This document shows, piece by piece, positions 1-7,139 of a stretch of DNA of 64,000 nt. The position numbers and the translations under genes are program-made. Each line of letters opens with the position of its first letter. The stretch's first letter is position 1. Source of the DNA: Thermoleophilia bacterium. Lineage in GTDB: Bacteria > Actinomycetota > Thermoleophilia > Gaiellales > JAICJC01. Under the pieces are notes generated by a model. The model saw only the letters and a list, made by a program, of their open reading frames with translations. It made no database searches and was not told the origin of the DNA. The DNA is taken from contig JAICYJ010000001.1 in the NCBI GenBank assembly GCA_025934255.1, forward strand, positions 44,425 to 108,424, given 5' to 3'.

Positions 1-1015
1 CCTTGCCCGACAGCACCGTGTCGCCGCGGCCGCCCGCGTGCGGTATCAGCAGCAGCAGCGCGTCCGCCGCCCGCTGTGCCCGGATCGACTCGCTGTAGGG
101 CAGGAAGCCCTCCTCGCGCCAAGCGGCATCGATGCCGAGACCGTGTGCGAACCTGCGATCCTCACCCCGCAGCTCGCCGATGAAGCGCGCCAGGACGAGG
201 CCGTCCAGGTCGGAGCGGCGGTCGAGCAGCCCGGCCAGCGCCTGCAGGAACGGCCGCGGCGAGCGCTGGCCGAAGAACGAGCCCGCGTGCACGATCGTGA
301 AGCGGTCGTTGGGCCGGTAGGGGAGCTGCTCGAAGTCGTCGAAGTCGGCGCCGTTCTCGATCACGATGGTCTTGTGCGCCGCCTCCGGGTGCAGGTGCCC
401 GATCTCCTGGGCGATCGAGCTGGTCGCCGCCGTCAGCGCGGTGGCGCGCCGTCCCACGGATGCCGCCATCCGCGACACCACGGCCCGCTTGGCGCGCACG
501 CCGGCCTTGTCGTAGCGCCGGTGCGGGTTGTCCAGCCAGGAGTCACGGAAGTCGGCCACGAACGGCCGGCGCGTCGCGGTCGCGATCGCCTCGGCCACCA
601 GATGCGTGGAGGCGGGCGGCGACGTCGACATGATCACGTCGATGCCATGCCTGCGCACCACCCCGATGCCGGCCGGGACGGCGGTCGCCAGCCACGGCGT
701 GGCCTTGTCGGGGATCAGCGTCCGCTGGTACGCGTAGCGGGCTTCGGTGCCGAGCCGGCCCAGCCGGGAGCGGCCCTCGAGAGCGTCCGCATGCGAGGTC
801 GAGCGCGGGCCCAGGAACCGGCAGCGGTGCACGGTGGTCGTGGCCGGGATCGCCTCCAGCAGGTGCTCGTCGCGGGCGAACCACTTGGGGTCTTCGGGGG
901 TCAGCACGTGCACCTCGACGCCGTGGTCCGGCAGGAACTTGCAGAACTTGAGCGTCCGCTGGACGCCACCGCCTCCGGCCGGCGGGAAGTAGAAGGCGAC
1001 GATCAGGACTCGCAT
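1..1015 (-). CDS. Glycosyltransferase family 4 (GT-B fold); the 3' end runs off the left edge of the window
   Basis: Absent from the ORF track because it has no stop in the window. My reverse-strand translation from the ATG at 1015 reads MRVLIVAFYFPPAGGGGVQRTLKFCKFLPDHGVEVHVLTP...DRFTIVHAGSFFGQRSPRPF...GRGDTVLSGK, which is typical GT4 architecture. The listed ORFs 38..1030(+) and 543..1346(-) are Arg/Pro-rich shadow frames of this gene. Confidence 0.85.
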   Translation of the reverse strand, partial: MRVLIVAFYFPPAGGGGVQRTLKFCKFLPDHGVEVHVLTPEDPKWFARDEHLLEAIPATTTVHRCRFLGPRSTSHADALEGRSRLGRLGTEARYAYQRTLIPDKATPWLATAVPAGIGVVRRHGIDVIMSTSPPASTHLVAEAIATATRRPFVADFRDSWLDNPHRRYDKAGVRAKRAVVSRMAASVGRRATALTAATSSIAQEIGHLHPEAAHKTIVIENGADFDDFEQLPYRPNDRFTIVHAGSFFGQRSPRPFLQALAGLLDRRSDLDGLVLARFIGELRGEDRRFAHGLGIDAAWREEGFLPYSESIRAQRAADALLLLIPHAGGRGDTVLSGK

Positions 1016-1055
1016 CACCGGGCAGTCTAGGGTCGCCCCCTCTAGGATCGCCGCG

Positions 1056-1424
1056 ATGAACATCCCGCCCGGATTCCGGATCGTGGCCGAGACCAGCGCG
1101 TTCGAGCGGTCGGTGGCCGAGATGGTGCGCCGGGTACCGGCCGGCACGGTCGCCAGCTACGGCCGGATTGCCGCCTGGCTGGGTAAGCCGGAAGCCGCCA
1201 GGGCCGTGGGCGGGGCGATGGCACGGTCGCCGGACGGGGTGCCGGCTCACCGCGTGGTCACGTCCGGCGGCCGGCTGGCGCCCGGCTGGGAGCGGGAGCA
1301 GGCGGAGCTGCTGCGCGCCGAGGGCGTGCGGGTCTGGCGCGGTCACGTGCGCGAGCCGATCCCGTGGTGGGACGGCCCGCCGAGGAGCGCTAGGAGTACT
1401 CGACCTGGTCGTAGTAGCGGGTGA
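1056..1424 (+). CDS. Alkyltransferase-like (ATL) protein: MGMT/Ogt DNA-binding domain with the acceptor Cys replaced by Ala
   Basis: VASYGRIAAWLGKPEAARAVGGAMARSPDGVPAHRVV matches the helix-turn-helix plus PCHRV region of O6-alkylguanine-DNA alkyltransferases, but reads PAHRV here. The protein is a single domain of 122 aa, similar in layout to YbaZ/Atl1. Confidence 0.8.
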   Translation: MNIPPGFRIVAETSAFERSVAEMVRRVPAGTVASYGRIAAWLGKPEAARAVGGAMARSPDGVPAHRVVTSGGRLAPGWEREQAELLRAEGVRVWRGHVREPIPWWDGPPRSARSTRPGRSSG

Positions 1425-2421
1425 CCCGCCGCCCGACCGAGGTGCGTCCGTCCAGCGCCGCCACCGCGTCCGCGTCGATCTCGCCCAGCGCCAGCCGCAC
1501 GGCCAGCCAGGGCAGGTTCAGGTCGGGCTGGTAGACCAGCGTCGAGATCCGCGGGTTGATCTCGAGCAGCCGATCGCCCAGGAACTGCACGTTCACGATC
1601 CAGTCCAGCCGAAGCGCCTCGACCAGCCGGCGCGAGTGCTCGAGCAGGTCGGGCCGGTCGATGATCCGGAACTCCATGGCCAGACCGGCCCGAAACGCCT
1701 CGCGCGTCTTCGCGCTTGCGACCAGCGTGCGGCCGTCCCGGCAGAGCGCGTCCACCGCCAGCTCCTCGCCCTCGACCAGCTCCATCACCAGCATCTCGGG
1801 GAAGCCCTCGCCGCCGTCCAGGATCTCGACCGCATCCGCGAGGGACAGGGGCAGCAGCGTGCCCGGCCGCCCGCCCAGCAGCTGCTGGCGCCGGTCGGCG
1901 CTCGTCGACAGCACCCGGAAGCCGCGCGAGCCCTTGGCCTCGAGCGGCTTCATGCAGACGTCGCGGCCGGGGTAGCCGAGCTCGGCGGCCGCCGCCCGGA
2001 AGCCGTCGGCATCGGAGGCCGCGATCGTGCGCGGCTGGGGGATTCCCAGCTGCTCCGCCAGACGCACCGTCTCGGACTTGGCGCTGGCCCGCTCGATCGC
2101 GTCCGGCCCGGACACCAGCACCGGCACGCCGAAGCGCTCGGCGCCGGCCGCGATCGCGCCCACCTCGGCCGATGACTGCGGGAACACCACATCGACGCGC
2201 TCCTGCTCGGCCACCTCCAGCAATGCCTCCAGGTACCCGGGGTGCGATCCCGGCGGCACCCGCCGGAAGCGGTCGCACAGGAAGCGTCCGGCCGACTCGT
2301 CGCGCATGTCCACACCGACCAGCCGCACCGGGCGCCCGTCGGCCTCCCGCAACGCCCGCAGCAGCCGCGGTGAGCCGGGCGCGCCGCTGGCCGTGACCAG
2401 GATCGTGAGCGGATCGCTCAC
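1390..2421 (-). CDS. ATP-grasp domain ligase (carbamoyl-phosphate-synthase-L / PylC-like)
   Basis: 343 aa. Contains LGYPGRDVCMKPLEAKGSRGFRVL, VMELVEGEELAVDAL and NVQF...LLEINPRIS, which are typical ATP-grasp B and C subdomain motifs. Its start overlaps the upstream stop by 4 nt (2418-2421). Confidence 0.8.
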   Translation of the reverse strand: MSDPLTILVTASGAPGSPRLLRALREADGRPVRLVGVDMRDESAGRFLCDRFRRVPPGSHPGYLEALLEVAEQERVDVVFPQSSAEVGAIAAGAERFGVPVLVSGPDAIERASAKSETVRLAEQLGIPQPRTIAASDADGFRAAAAELGYPGRDVCMKPLEAKGSRGFRVLSTSADRRQQLLGGRPGTLLPLSLADAVEILDGGEGFPEMLVMELVEGEELAVDALCRDGRTLVASAKTREAFRAGLAMEFRIIDRPDLLEHSRRLVEALRLDWIVNVQFLGDRLLEINPRISTLVYQPDLNLPWLAVRLALGEIDADAVAALDGRTSVGRRVTRYYDQVEYS

Positions 2422-3053
2422 AGGATCCAGCGGTAGACCTCGAACACCTCGGCCAGCTCGCGGCCGCTCTCGATCCCGTGGGTGCGGGCCAGGTTGCGGA
2501 TGTACTCCTCGTTCGCGTAGTTGCGGTGCTGCTGGCTGCGGTAGTGGCCGAGCGCCGTCACCTTCGCGTCCAGGTGCCGCGGCTCCAGGGCCACGTAGGC
2601 GTCCCGGCGGAAGGCGAAGCAGTTCCAGGGGATCTCGTAGCCGAGCAGGGTGGTGCGCTTGAAGGCGCGCATGCCCTCGCCCGCGATCGTCTCGTGGTCC
2701 TGGTGGATGTCACCCAGCGAGGGCATCAGCACCATGTCCGGGGCGATCTCGGCGTTCGCGGCCACCAGGATCTCGAGGATCTCCTGCCGTACGGTGGGGA
2801 AGGTGCGCACGTCGAAGTCGTGGATCGAGACGCGCTCCGGGTCGATGCCCAGGGCGGTGGTGGCGGCGCGGGCCTCGTGCACCAGCGTATCGGCGGGGAA
2901 GCCGTCGGGCAGCGAGCGCGATGCCGACGAGAAGGCGTGGTAGTGCACCTCGGCGCCGGCCTCGACCAGGCGCGCGATGGTGCCGCCGCAGCCGAACTCG
3001 CCGTCGTCCGTATGTGGCGCCAGCACCAGCGCGCGGCGTCCGGCTGCGATCAC
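2418..3053 (-). CDS. PIG-L / LmbE family N-acetylglucosaminyl deacetylase
   Basis: VLAPHTDDGEFGCGGTIARL and GDIHQDHETI are the PIG-L zinc-binding motifs. The start is set at the GTG at 3053 (GTGA overlap with the upstream stop at 3050-3052). The rest of track ORF 2418..4007 is a junk N-terminal extension that overlaps the next gene. Confidence 0.85.
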   Translation of the reverse strand: MIAAGRRALVLAPHTDDGEFGCGGTIARLVEAGAEVHYHAFSSASRSLPDGFPADTLVHEARAATTALGIDPERVSIHDFDVRTFPTVRQEILEILVAANAEIAPDMVLMPSLGDIHQDHETIAGEGMRAFKRTTLLGYEIPWNCFAFRRDAYVALEPRHLDAKVTALGHYRSQQHRNYANEEYIRNLARTHGIESGRELAEVFEVYRWIL

Positions 3054-4486
3054 GCGCGGGCCTGACGGATGCGGATGTCGGGTAACGCTGCCATGGTGAC
3101 GATCAGGGCGGTCAGGATCCACGACGCCGGATCCTCGAAGTACGCATTGTAAAAGAGCGAGCTGGTCAGCACAGCGGCCAGCGCTGCGGCCAGGCCGAAC
3201 CGCAAAAGCCGCTCCGGGCCGGTGCGGAACGCCGCCCACGCGATCGATCCGATCAGCGCCAGGTAGGCGGCCAGGCCCAGCGGGCCCAGCTCGGCCAGCA
3301 CGGTCACCGGCGTGGTGTGCGAGGCGGCCGTGCGCGTGCGGTTCGGGTGGGCGCTGCCGGCCAGTGCTGCGCGGGCGAAGCCGCCCAGCCCGGCGCCGTC
3401 GATCGGATGGTGCTTGATCACGTGCCAGCCGTCCGAGAGCAGCACCGAGCGGCCGCTCGTCACCTGCGTGGTTGAGCTGCCGTGCGACGAGACCAGCAGC
3501 CCGGCCACCCCCACCACCGCCACCGCGACGGCCAGGCCCACCAGCAGCCGCCGCGGCCAGATGGTGGCGCCGATCAGCAGGGAGCCGGCCGCCAGCGCCA
3601 TCAGGCTGGACTGCGAGTAGGACAGGTACTGGGCCAGGAACAGCAGCGCCATCAGCCCCAGCAGCTGCGGCGTCGCCCGGCGGTACACCGCCACCGCGGC
3701 CAGCAGCACGATCGTGACCGCCATGAAGCGGCCGTACACGCTGGCGTCGTAGAACAGCGAGTTGACCCGGAAGAACGAGGCGTACTGGTTGCTGACGATG
3801 ATCTTCTGATTCCAGAACAGGTGGCGGCTCTCGTACTGCCAGAACGCCACCGCGGCGAACACCAGCGCCAGCGCCACGTCCGTGTAGAGCATCATGCGCA
3901 GCTGGCGGAGGGTTGGGCGCAGCGCCACGATCCGGGTCGCCAGGTAGCCGAACGGCAGATAGAAGAACAGCATCTGGACGCCGCCCTGGTGGGAGTCGGC
4001 GCTCCACAGCAGCGAGATCGCGCTCCAGCCGATCAGCGCCGCCATCGTCCAGCCCACCAGGCCCATCTGGGGCCGCTGCTCGCGGCCGAGGGCGAGCGTG
4101 TAGGCATGGGCCAGCGCGATTGCGAGCAGGACGCCGTAGAGCGGCACCAGCAGGTTGGCCTGCTGCCCGCCCGCGTGCAGCGGGATCCGGCCCGGCGCAG
4201 CCGCCACCACCGCCATCAGCGCCAGCGTCGGCTTGCGATGGGCGATCACGGCCGCCACCCCGATCGCGATCAGCCCCACCAGCAGGCCGGCGGCGGCCAG
4301 CGCGGGCCGTCGTCCCGCGTCCGTCCGCATGGTCGAGATGGGCGAGTGCAGCAGGTCGCCGGCCAGGATCAGCACGCCCGCGGCGTAGGCCGCGAACCCG
4401 GCCGTTCGCAGGCTGCGCCCGCCGGCGCAGAGCTGCAGGGCGAGCCCGGCGGCCGCGACGATGGCGCCCAGCGCGATGCCGCTCAC
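3050..4486 (-). CDS. O-antigen ligase / polymerase-like (Wzy_C) polytopic membrane protein
   Basis: 478 aa with about 10-12 hydrophobic segments. It has the long periplasmic-loop region typical of the O-antigen ligase family (QYLSYSQSSLMALAAG...HTTPVTVLAELGPLGL). ATGA overlap at 4483-4486. Confidence 0.8.
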   Translation of the reverse strand: MSGIALGAIVAAAGLALQLCAGGRSLRTAGFAAYAAGVLILAGDLLHSPISTMRTDAGRRPALAAAGLLVGLIAIGVAAVIAHRKPTLALMAVVAAAPGRIPLHAGGQQANLLVPLYGVLLAIALAHAYTLALGREQRPQMGLVGWTMAALIGWSAISLLWSADSHQGGVQMLFFYLPFGYLATRIVALRPTLRQLRMMLYTDVALALVFAAVAFWQYESRHLFWNQKIIVSNQYASFFRVNSLFYDASVYGRFMAVTIVLLAAVAVYRRATPQLLGLMALLFLAQYLSYSQSSLMALAAGSLLIGATIWPRRLLVGLAVAVAVVGVAGLLVSSHGSSTTQVTSGRSVLLSDGWHVIKHHPIDGAGLGGFARAALAGSAHPNRTRTAASHTTPVTVLAELGPLGLAAYLALIGSIAWAAFRTGPERLLRFGLAAALAAVLTSSLFYNAYFEDPASWILTALIVTMAALPDIRIRQARA

Positions 4487-5154
4487 GGGATCGTCGCCGT
4501 GAATGAGGGCGGGTTGGGGGTGCGGTTGCCGGCCTGATCGACCGCCACCATCTCGATCCGGTAGCGTCCGGGCGCGAGCTTGCCGTACGCCAGGTGCGCG
4601 ACGTGCGGGACCACGCGCTTCTGCAGGACGATGCGGCTGCCCTGGCGCACGATCATCAGCGCGTACCCGTTCCCCGCCGACCGCGTGTAGTGGACGGCCA
4701 GCGCCACACGGCCCTTGCGCACCTGGTCGATCCGCATCGTGGGCGGCATGGTGTCGACGATGATCGCGTCCGGGATGGTGACCTCACGGCCATCCGCGAG
4801 CGTCACGCGCAGCCGGTAGCGGCCGTCCGCGGCCTGCCCAGCCGAGTCGGTGCTGCCGTCCCAGTGGAGCACCACCGGGCCCTTCCGGTAGCGGCGGCCG
4901 GTGGCGAGCGTCTTTTGGACGTTGCCGTTGGCGTCGACGATCGCCAGGTCCAGGGCCTGTGGCTTTCGCAGCGTGAAGCGGAGCTTGGCGGCCGGCAGGC
5001 AGCCGGGATCGCTGCAGCCGGGGGAGAACGCCTGCCGCACGTGGGGATGGCCAACCGCCGAGTGGTGCAGCTTCAGCTGCTCGGCGCGCAGAAACGCCGC
5101 GGCGCAGAGGGCGATCAGAATCAGCGGGATGGCGGCGGCGGCGCGGTGGCTCAC
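4483..5154 (-). CDS. Membrane-anchored protein with FlgD Ig-like domain(s)
   Basis: N-terminal transmembrane anchor (AAAAIPLILIALCAAAFL). LDLAIVDANGNVQKTLATGRRYRKGPVVLHWDGSTDSAGQAADGRYRLRV is the FlgD-Ig pattern (xDxxGxxV...WDGxxxxGxxxxDGxY). GTG start at 5154, with TACAAT (5166-5171, minus sense) 11 nt upstream. Confidence 0.6.
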   Translation of the reverse strand: MSHRAAAAIPLILIALCAAAFLRAEQLKLHHSAVGHPHVRQAFSPGCSDPGCLPAAKLRFTLRKPQALDLAIVDANGNVQKTLATGRRYRKGPVVLHWDGSTDSAGQAADGRYRLRVTLADGREVTIPDAIIVDTMPPTMRIDQVRKGRVALAVHYTRSAGNGYALMIVRQGSRIVLQKRVVPHVAHLAYGKLAPGRYRIEMVAVDQAGNRTPNPPSFTATIP

Positions 5155-5201
5155 GGTGCGCGCGGATTGTACGGCCGCACCGCGAGCCGCTGCGGCGTTC
5201 G

Positions 5202-6134
5202 TTACGTCTGCCGCAGCTCAGCCGGGACCGGCGAGGGGGCCGGCGCTGAGGAGGCCGGCTTGGAGGCCTTGACGCCCTTCGCCATGTAGACCGCGGCCAC
5301 GAGCAGGATCACGGCGGCGCCGATCACGTACCAGTACGGGGCGGCGTCCAGCGTCTTCAGGCCGGAGGCGGCCAGCACCACCGCGATCGCGCCGCGCAGC
5401 ATCCGCTCGGGGGCGCGGTTGGTGAAGTGCGAGCCGATCAGGATGCCCGGGATCGAGCCGATCAGGATCGAGCCGACGACGCTGAAGTTGGGGGTGCCCC
5501 AGACCAGCGTGGCCAGGCCGGCCGCGACCGTCACCAGCATCGCGTGGAACAGGTCGGTGCCGACCACGCGGCGGGCGGCCAGCGGGAACAGCGTCACCAG
5601 CGTGAGGCCGAAGAACACGCCCGAGCCGACCGAGGTCAGACCCAGGATGAAGCCGAACACGACGCCGATGGTGACGGCCAGCGCCTTGTGCCAGGTGTCC
5701 AGCGGGCCGTCGGTGGGCAGGTTGTCGGAGCTCCACAGCTTCGGGATCGTGAGGAACGTGCGGGCGGCCACCGTGATGCCGACGATCACCAGCACGATGC
5801 CGATCAGGTTCAGCAGCACGCTGTTCACGTCGATGCCGACTCGGGGGAAGATCTCGTAGAGGGTGAACACGCCCAGGATGGCGGCGGGAACGCTGCCGGC
5901 GCCCATCCACAGGCCCAGCTCGGTGTTCACGTTCTTGAGCTGGTGGTGGCGGGCGGCTCCGAACATCTTCGTGATCGCGGCGTAGATCAGGTCGCTGCCG
6001 ACGGCGGTCGTCGGCGGGATGCCGAACACGGTGATCAGGATCGGCGTCATCAGCGATCCGGCGCCCATGCCGGTGGCCCCGACCAGCATGCCGACGACGA
6101 GCCCCGCTGCGATCATTCCGGTGTTGATGTCCAT
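5202..6134 (-). CDS. TauE/SafE (DUF81) family sulfite/organosulfonate permease, paralog 1
   Basis: 310 aa with two 4-TM halves. Contains GATGMGAGSLMTPIL, VGSDL and LTSVGSGVFFG...VVGTDLFH, which is the internally duplicated DUF81 signature. Confidence 0.9.
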   Translation of the reverse strand: MDINTGMIAAGLVVGMLVGATGMGAGSLMTPILITVFGIPPTTAVGSDLIYAAITKMFGAARHHQLKNVNTELGLWMGAGSVPAAILGVFTLYEIFPRVGIDVNSVLLNLIGIVLVIVGITVAARTFLTIPKLWSSDNLPTDGPLDTWHKALAVTIGVVFGFILGLTSVGSGVFFGLTLVTLFPLAARRVVGTDLFHAMLVTVAAGLATLVWGTPNFSVVGSILIGSIPGILIGSHFTNRAPERMLRGAIAVVLAASGLKTLDAAPYWYVIGAAVILLVAAVYMAKGVKASKPASSAPAPSPVPAELRQT

Positions 6135-6179
6135 CTACCTGTGCCCCCGTCTCGATAGCCGTTGTCCACTTGCTCCACA

Positions 6180-6207
6180 AGTCTAAGTGATTTAGTGGGG
6201 AATGCAA
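6180..6207 (-). promoter_or_regulatory. Putative sigma-70-type promoter of tauE paralog 1 (TTGCAT-N16-TAGACT)
   Basis: The minus-sense sequence is CTTGCATTCCCCACTAAATCACTTAGACTTGT. The same -35, spacer length and -10 recur upstream of paralog 2, with 24 of about 32 nt identical. Confidence 0.4.
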
Positions 6208-6248
6208 GTGGCGTGTGACGAAACGATAGTTCCCCAGCCCGGAAGCTC

Positions 6249-7028
6249 CTAAAACAGGCCGAACAGTTTCAGGCCCGAGAAGGCCAGCACGGTGGCCAGC
6301 GAGCCGCGCAGCGCCCGCTCCGGGATCGACACCATTACCTGGGCACCGATCAGGATGCCGGGGATCGAGCCGCACATCAGATAGGCGACCGTCTCCAGAT
6401 GCACATCGGGGAGCAGGAAGTAGGAGGCGATCGCTGCCGGGATCGTCACCAGCGCCCCGTGATACAGGTCGGTGCCGACCACACGGTGTGCCGACAGCGG
6501 GAACAGCAGGATCAGGGCGATCCCGAAGAACGCACCGGCGCCGACCGACGTGATTCCAAAAACGTAGCCGAACACGACGCCGATCACGACCGCCGTGATC
6601 CTGTGATTGCGCGTCAGCGGCCCGTCGGCGACCGCCCCACTGCCGGTCCGCAGCCCGAACGCGCCGAAGGTGCGCACGACCACGATCACCGCGACCAGCA
6701 GCAGCGCTACCCCGATCGCGTACTTCAGCCGACTCTCAACGGCAGCGCTATCGGCCCCGATCAGCACGTGCAACGTGAACACCCCAGCCAGCGAGGCCGG
6801 CACGCTGCCCAGGGCCATCCACCAGGCAAGCTCCGTGTTGACGGTGTTCAGCGATAGGTGGCGCAGGCCGCCGACGCCCTTGGTGATGGCGGAGTAGAGC
6901 AGATCGGTGCCGACGGCGCCCACCGCGGAGGTGCCGAATAGGCCGATCAGCACCGGCGCCATCAGGGAGCCGGCACCCATCCCCGTCGCACCGATCAGCA
7001 CGCCGACCACCAGGCCGGCCAGGATCAG
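6249..7028 (-). CDS. TauE/SafE (DUF81) family permease, paralog 2 (start uncertain)
   Basis: Carries the same DUF81 motifs (GATGMGAGSLMAPVL, ITSVGAGAFFG, VVGTDLYH). The track ORF starts at the GTG at 7109, but that codon lies inside a terminator palindrome and upstream of the conserved promoter. The in-frame candidates downstream of the promoter are CTG 7028 (aligns with Met7 of paralog 1 and is preceded by GGGAG) and GTG 7010. Confidence 0.85.
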   Translation of the reverse strand: MILAGLVVGVLIGATGMGAGSLMAPVLIGLFGTSAVGAVGTDLLYSAITKGVGGLRHLSLNTVNTELAWWMALGSVPASLAGVFTLHVLIGADSAAVESRLKYAIGVALLLVAVIVVVRTFGAFGLRTGSGAVADGPLTRNHRITAVVIGVVFGYVFGITSVGAGAFFGIALILLFPLSAHRVVGTDLYHGALVTIPAAIASYFLLPDVHLETVAYLMCGSIPGILIGAQVMVSIPERALRGSLATVLAFSGLKLFGLF

Positions 7029-7068
7029 CTCTGCTCCCGTCGTCGCTCCCCCCGCCGCATTGCGAACA

Positions 7069-7096
7069 AGTCTAAGCGGAGTGGTGGGGAACGCAA
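7069..7096 (-). promoter_or_regulatory. Putative promoter of tauE paralog 2 (TTGCGT-N16-TAGACT)
   Basis: The minus-sense sequence is CTTGCGTTCCCCACCACTCCGCTTAGACTTGT. Hexamers and spacing match the paralog 1 promoter. Confidence 0.4.
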
Positions 7097-7126
7097 GCGA
7101 AGGCGGCACGATCGTGCCGCCTTCGC
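7097..7126 (-). terminator. 30-nt perfect palindrome (hairpin) 13 nt after the sat stop
   Basis: GCGAAGGCGGCACGATCGTGCCGCCTTCGC forms a 13-bp GC-rich stem around GATC. In minus sense it is followed by TTGCGTT, which is also the -35 of the next promoter. Confidence 0.45.
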
Positions 7127-7139
7127 CTGGCAGGTGCGG

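Noticed and set aside
38-1346. ORFs 38..1030(+) and 543..1346(-), 330 and 267 aa
   Set aside because: Their translations are low-complexity and rich in Arg, Pro, Gly and Ala, as is typical of off-frame reading of GC-rich DNA. A third reading (minus strand, ATG at 1015) gives a clean GT4 glycosyltransferase that explains the region.
2418-4007. Long N-terminal extensions of real genes in the ORF track (2418..4007, 8914..10170, 24781..25965, 25476..27662, 25491..27578, 28642..30690, 29670..31361, 32271..34070, 39040..40371, 40206..40808, 50468..51706, 51094..52263, 59674..60795, 60832..62493)
   Set aside because: In each case the homologous part starts at an internal ATG or GTG. That internal start usually forms an ATGA/GTGA overlap with the upstream stop or follows an RBS. 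The extension overlaps the neighbouring gene and has junk composition, so I trimmed the starts accordingly.
6163-6210. The conserved hairpin-like element upstream of both tauE genes, considered as a riboswitch or RNA leader
   Set aside because: The conserved core fits -35 and -10 hexamers at identical 16-nt spacing. The left arm of the inverted repeat would therefore lie upstream of the transcription start and would not be in the RNA. A DNA-level promoter/operator is the simpler reading, although an RNA element is not strictly excluded.
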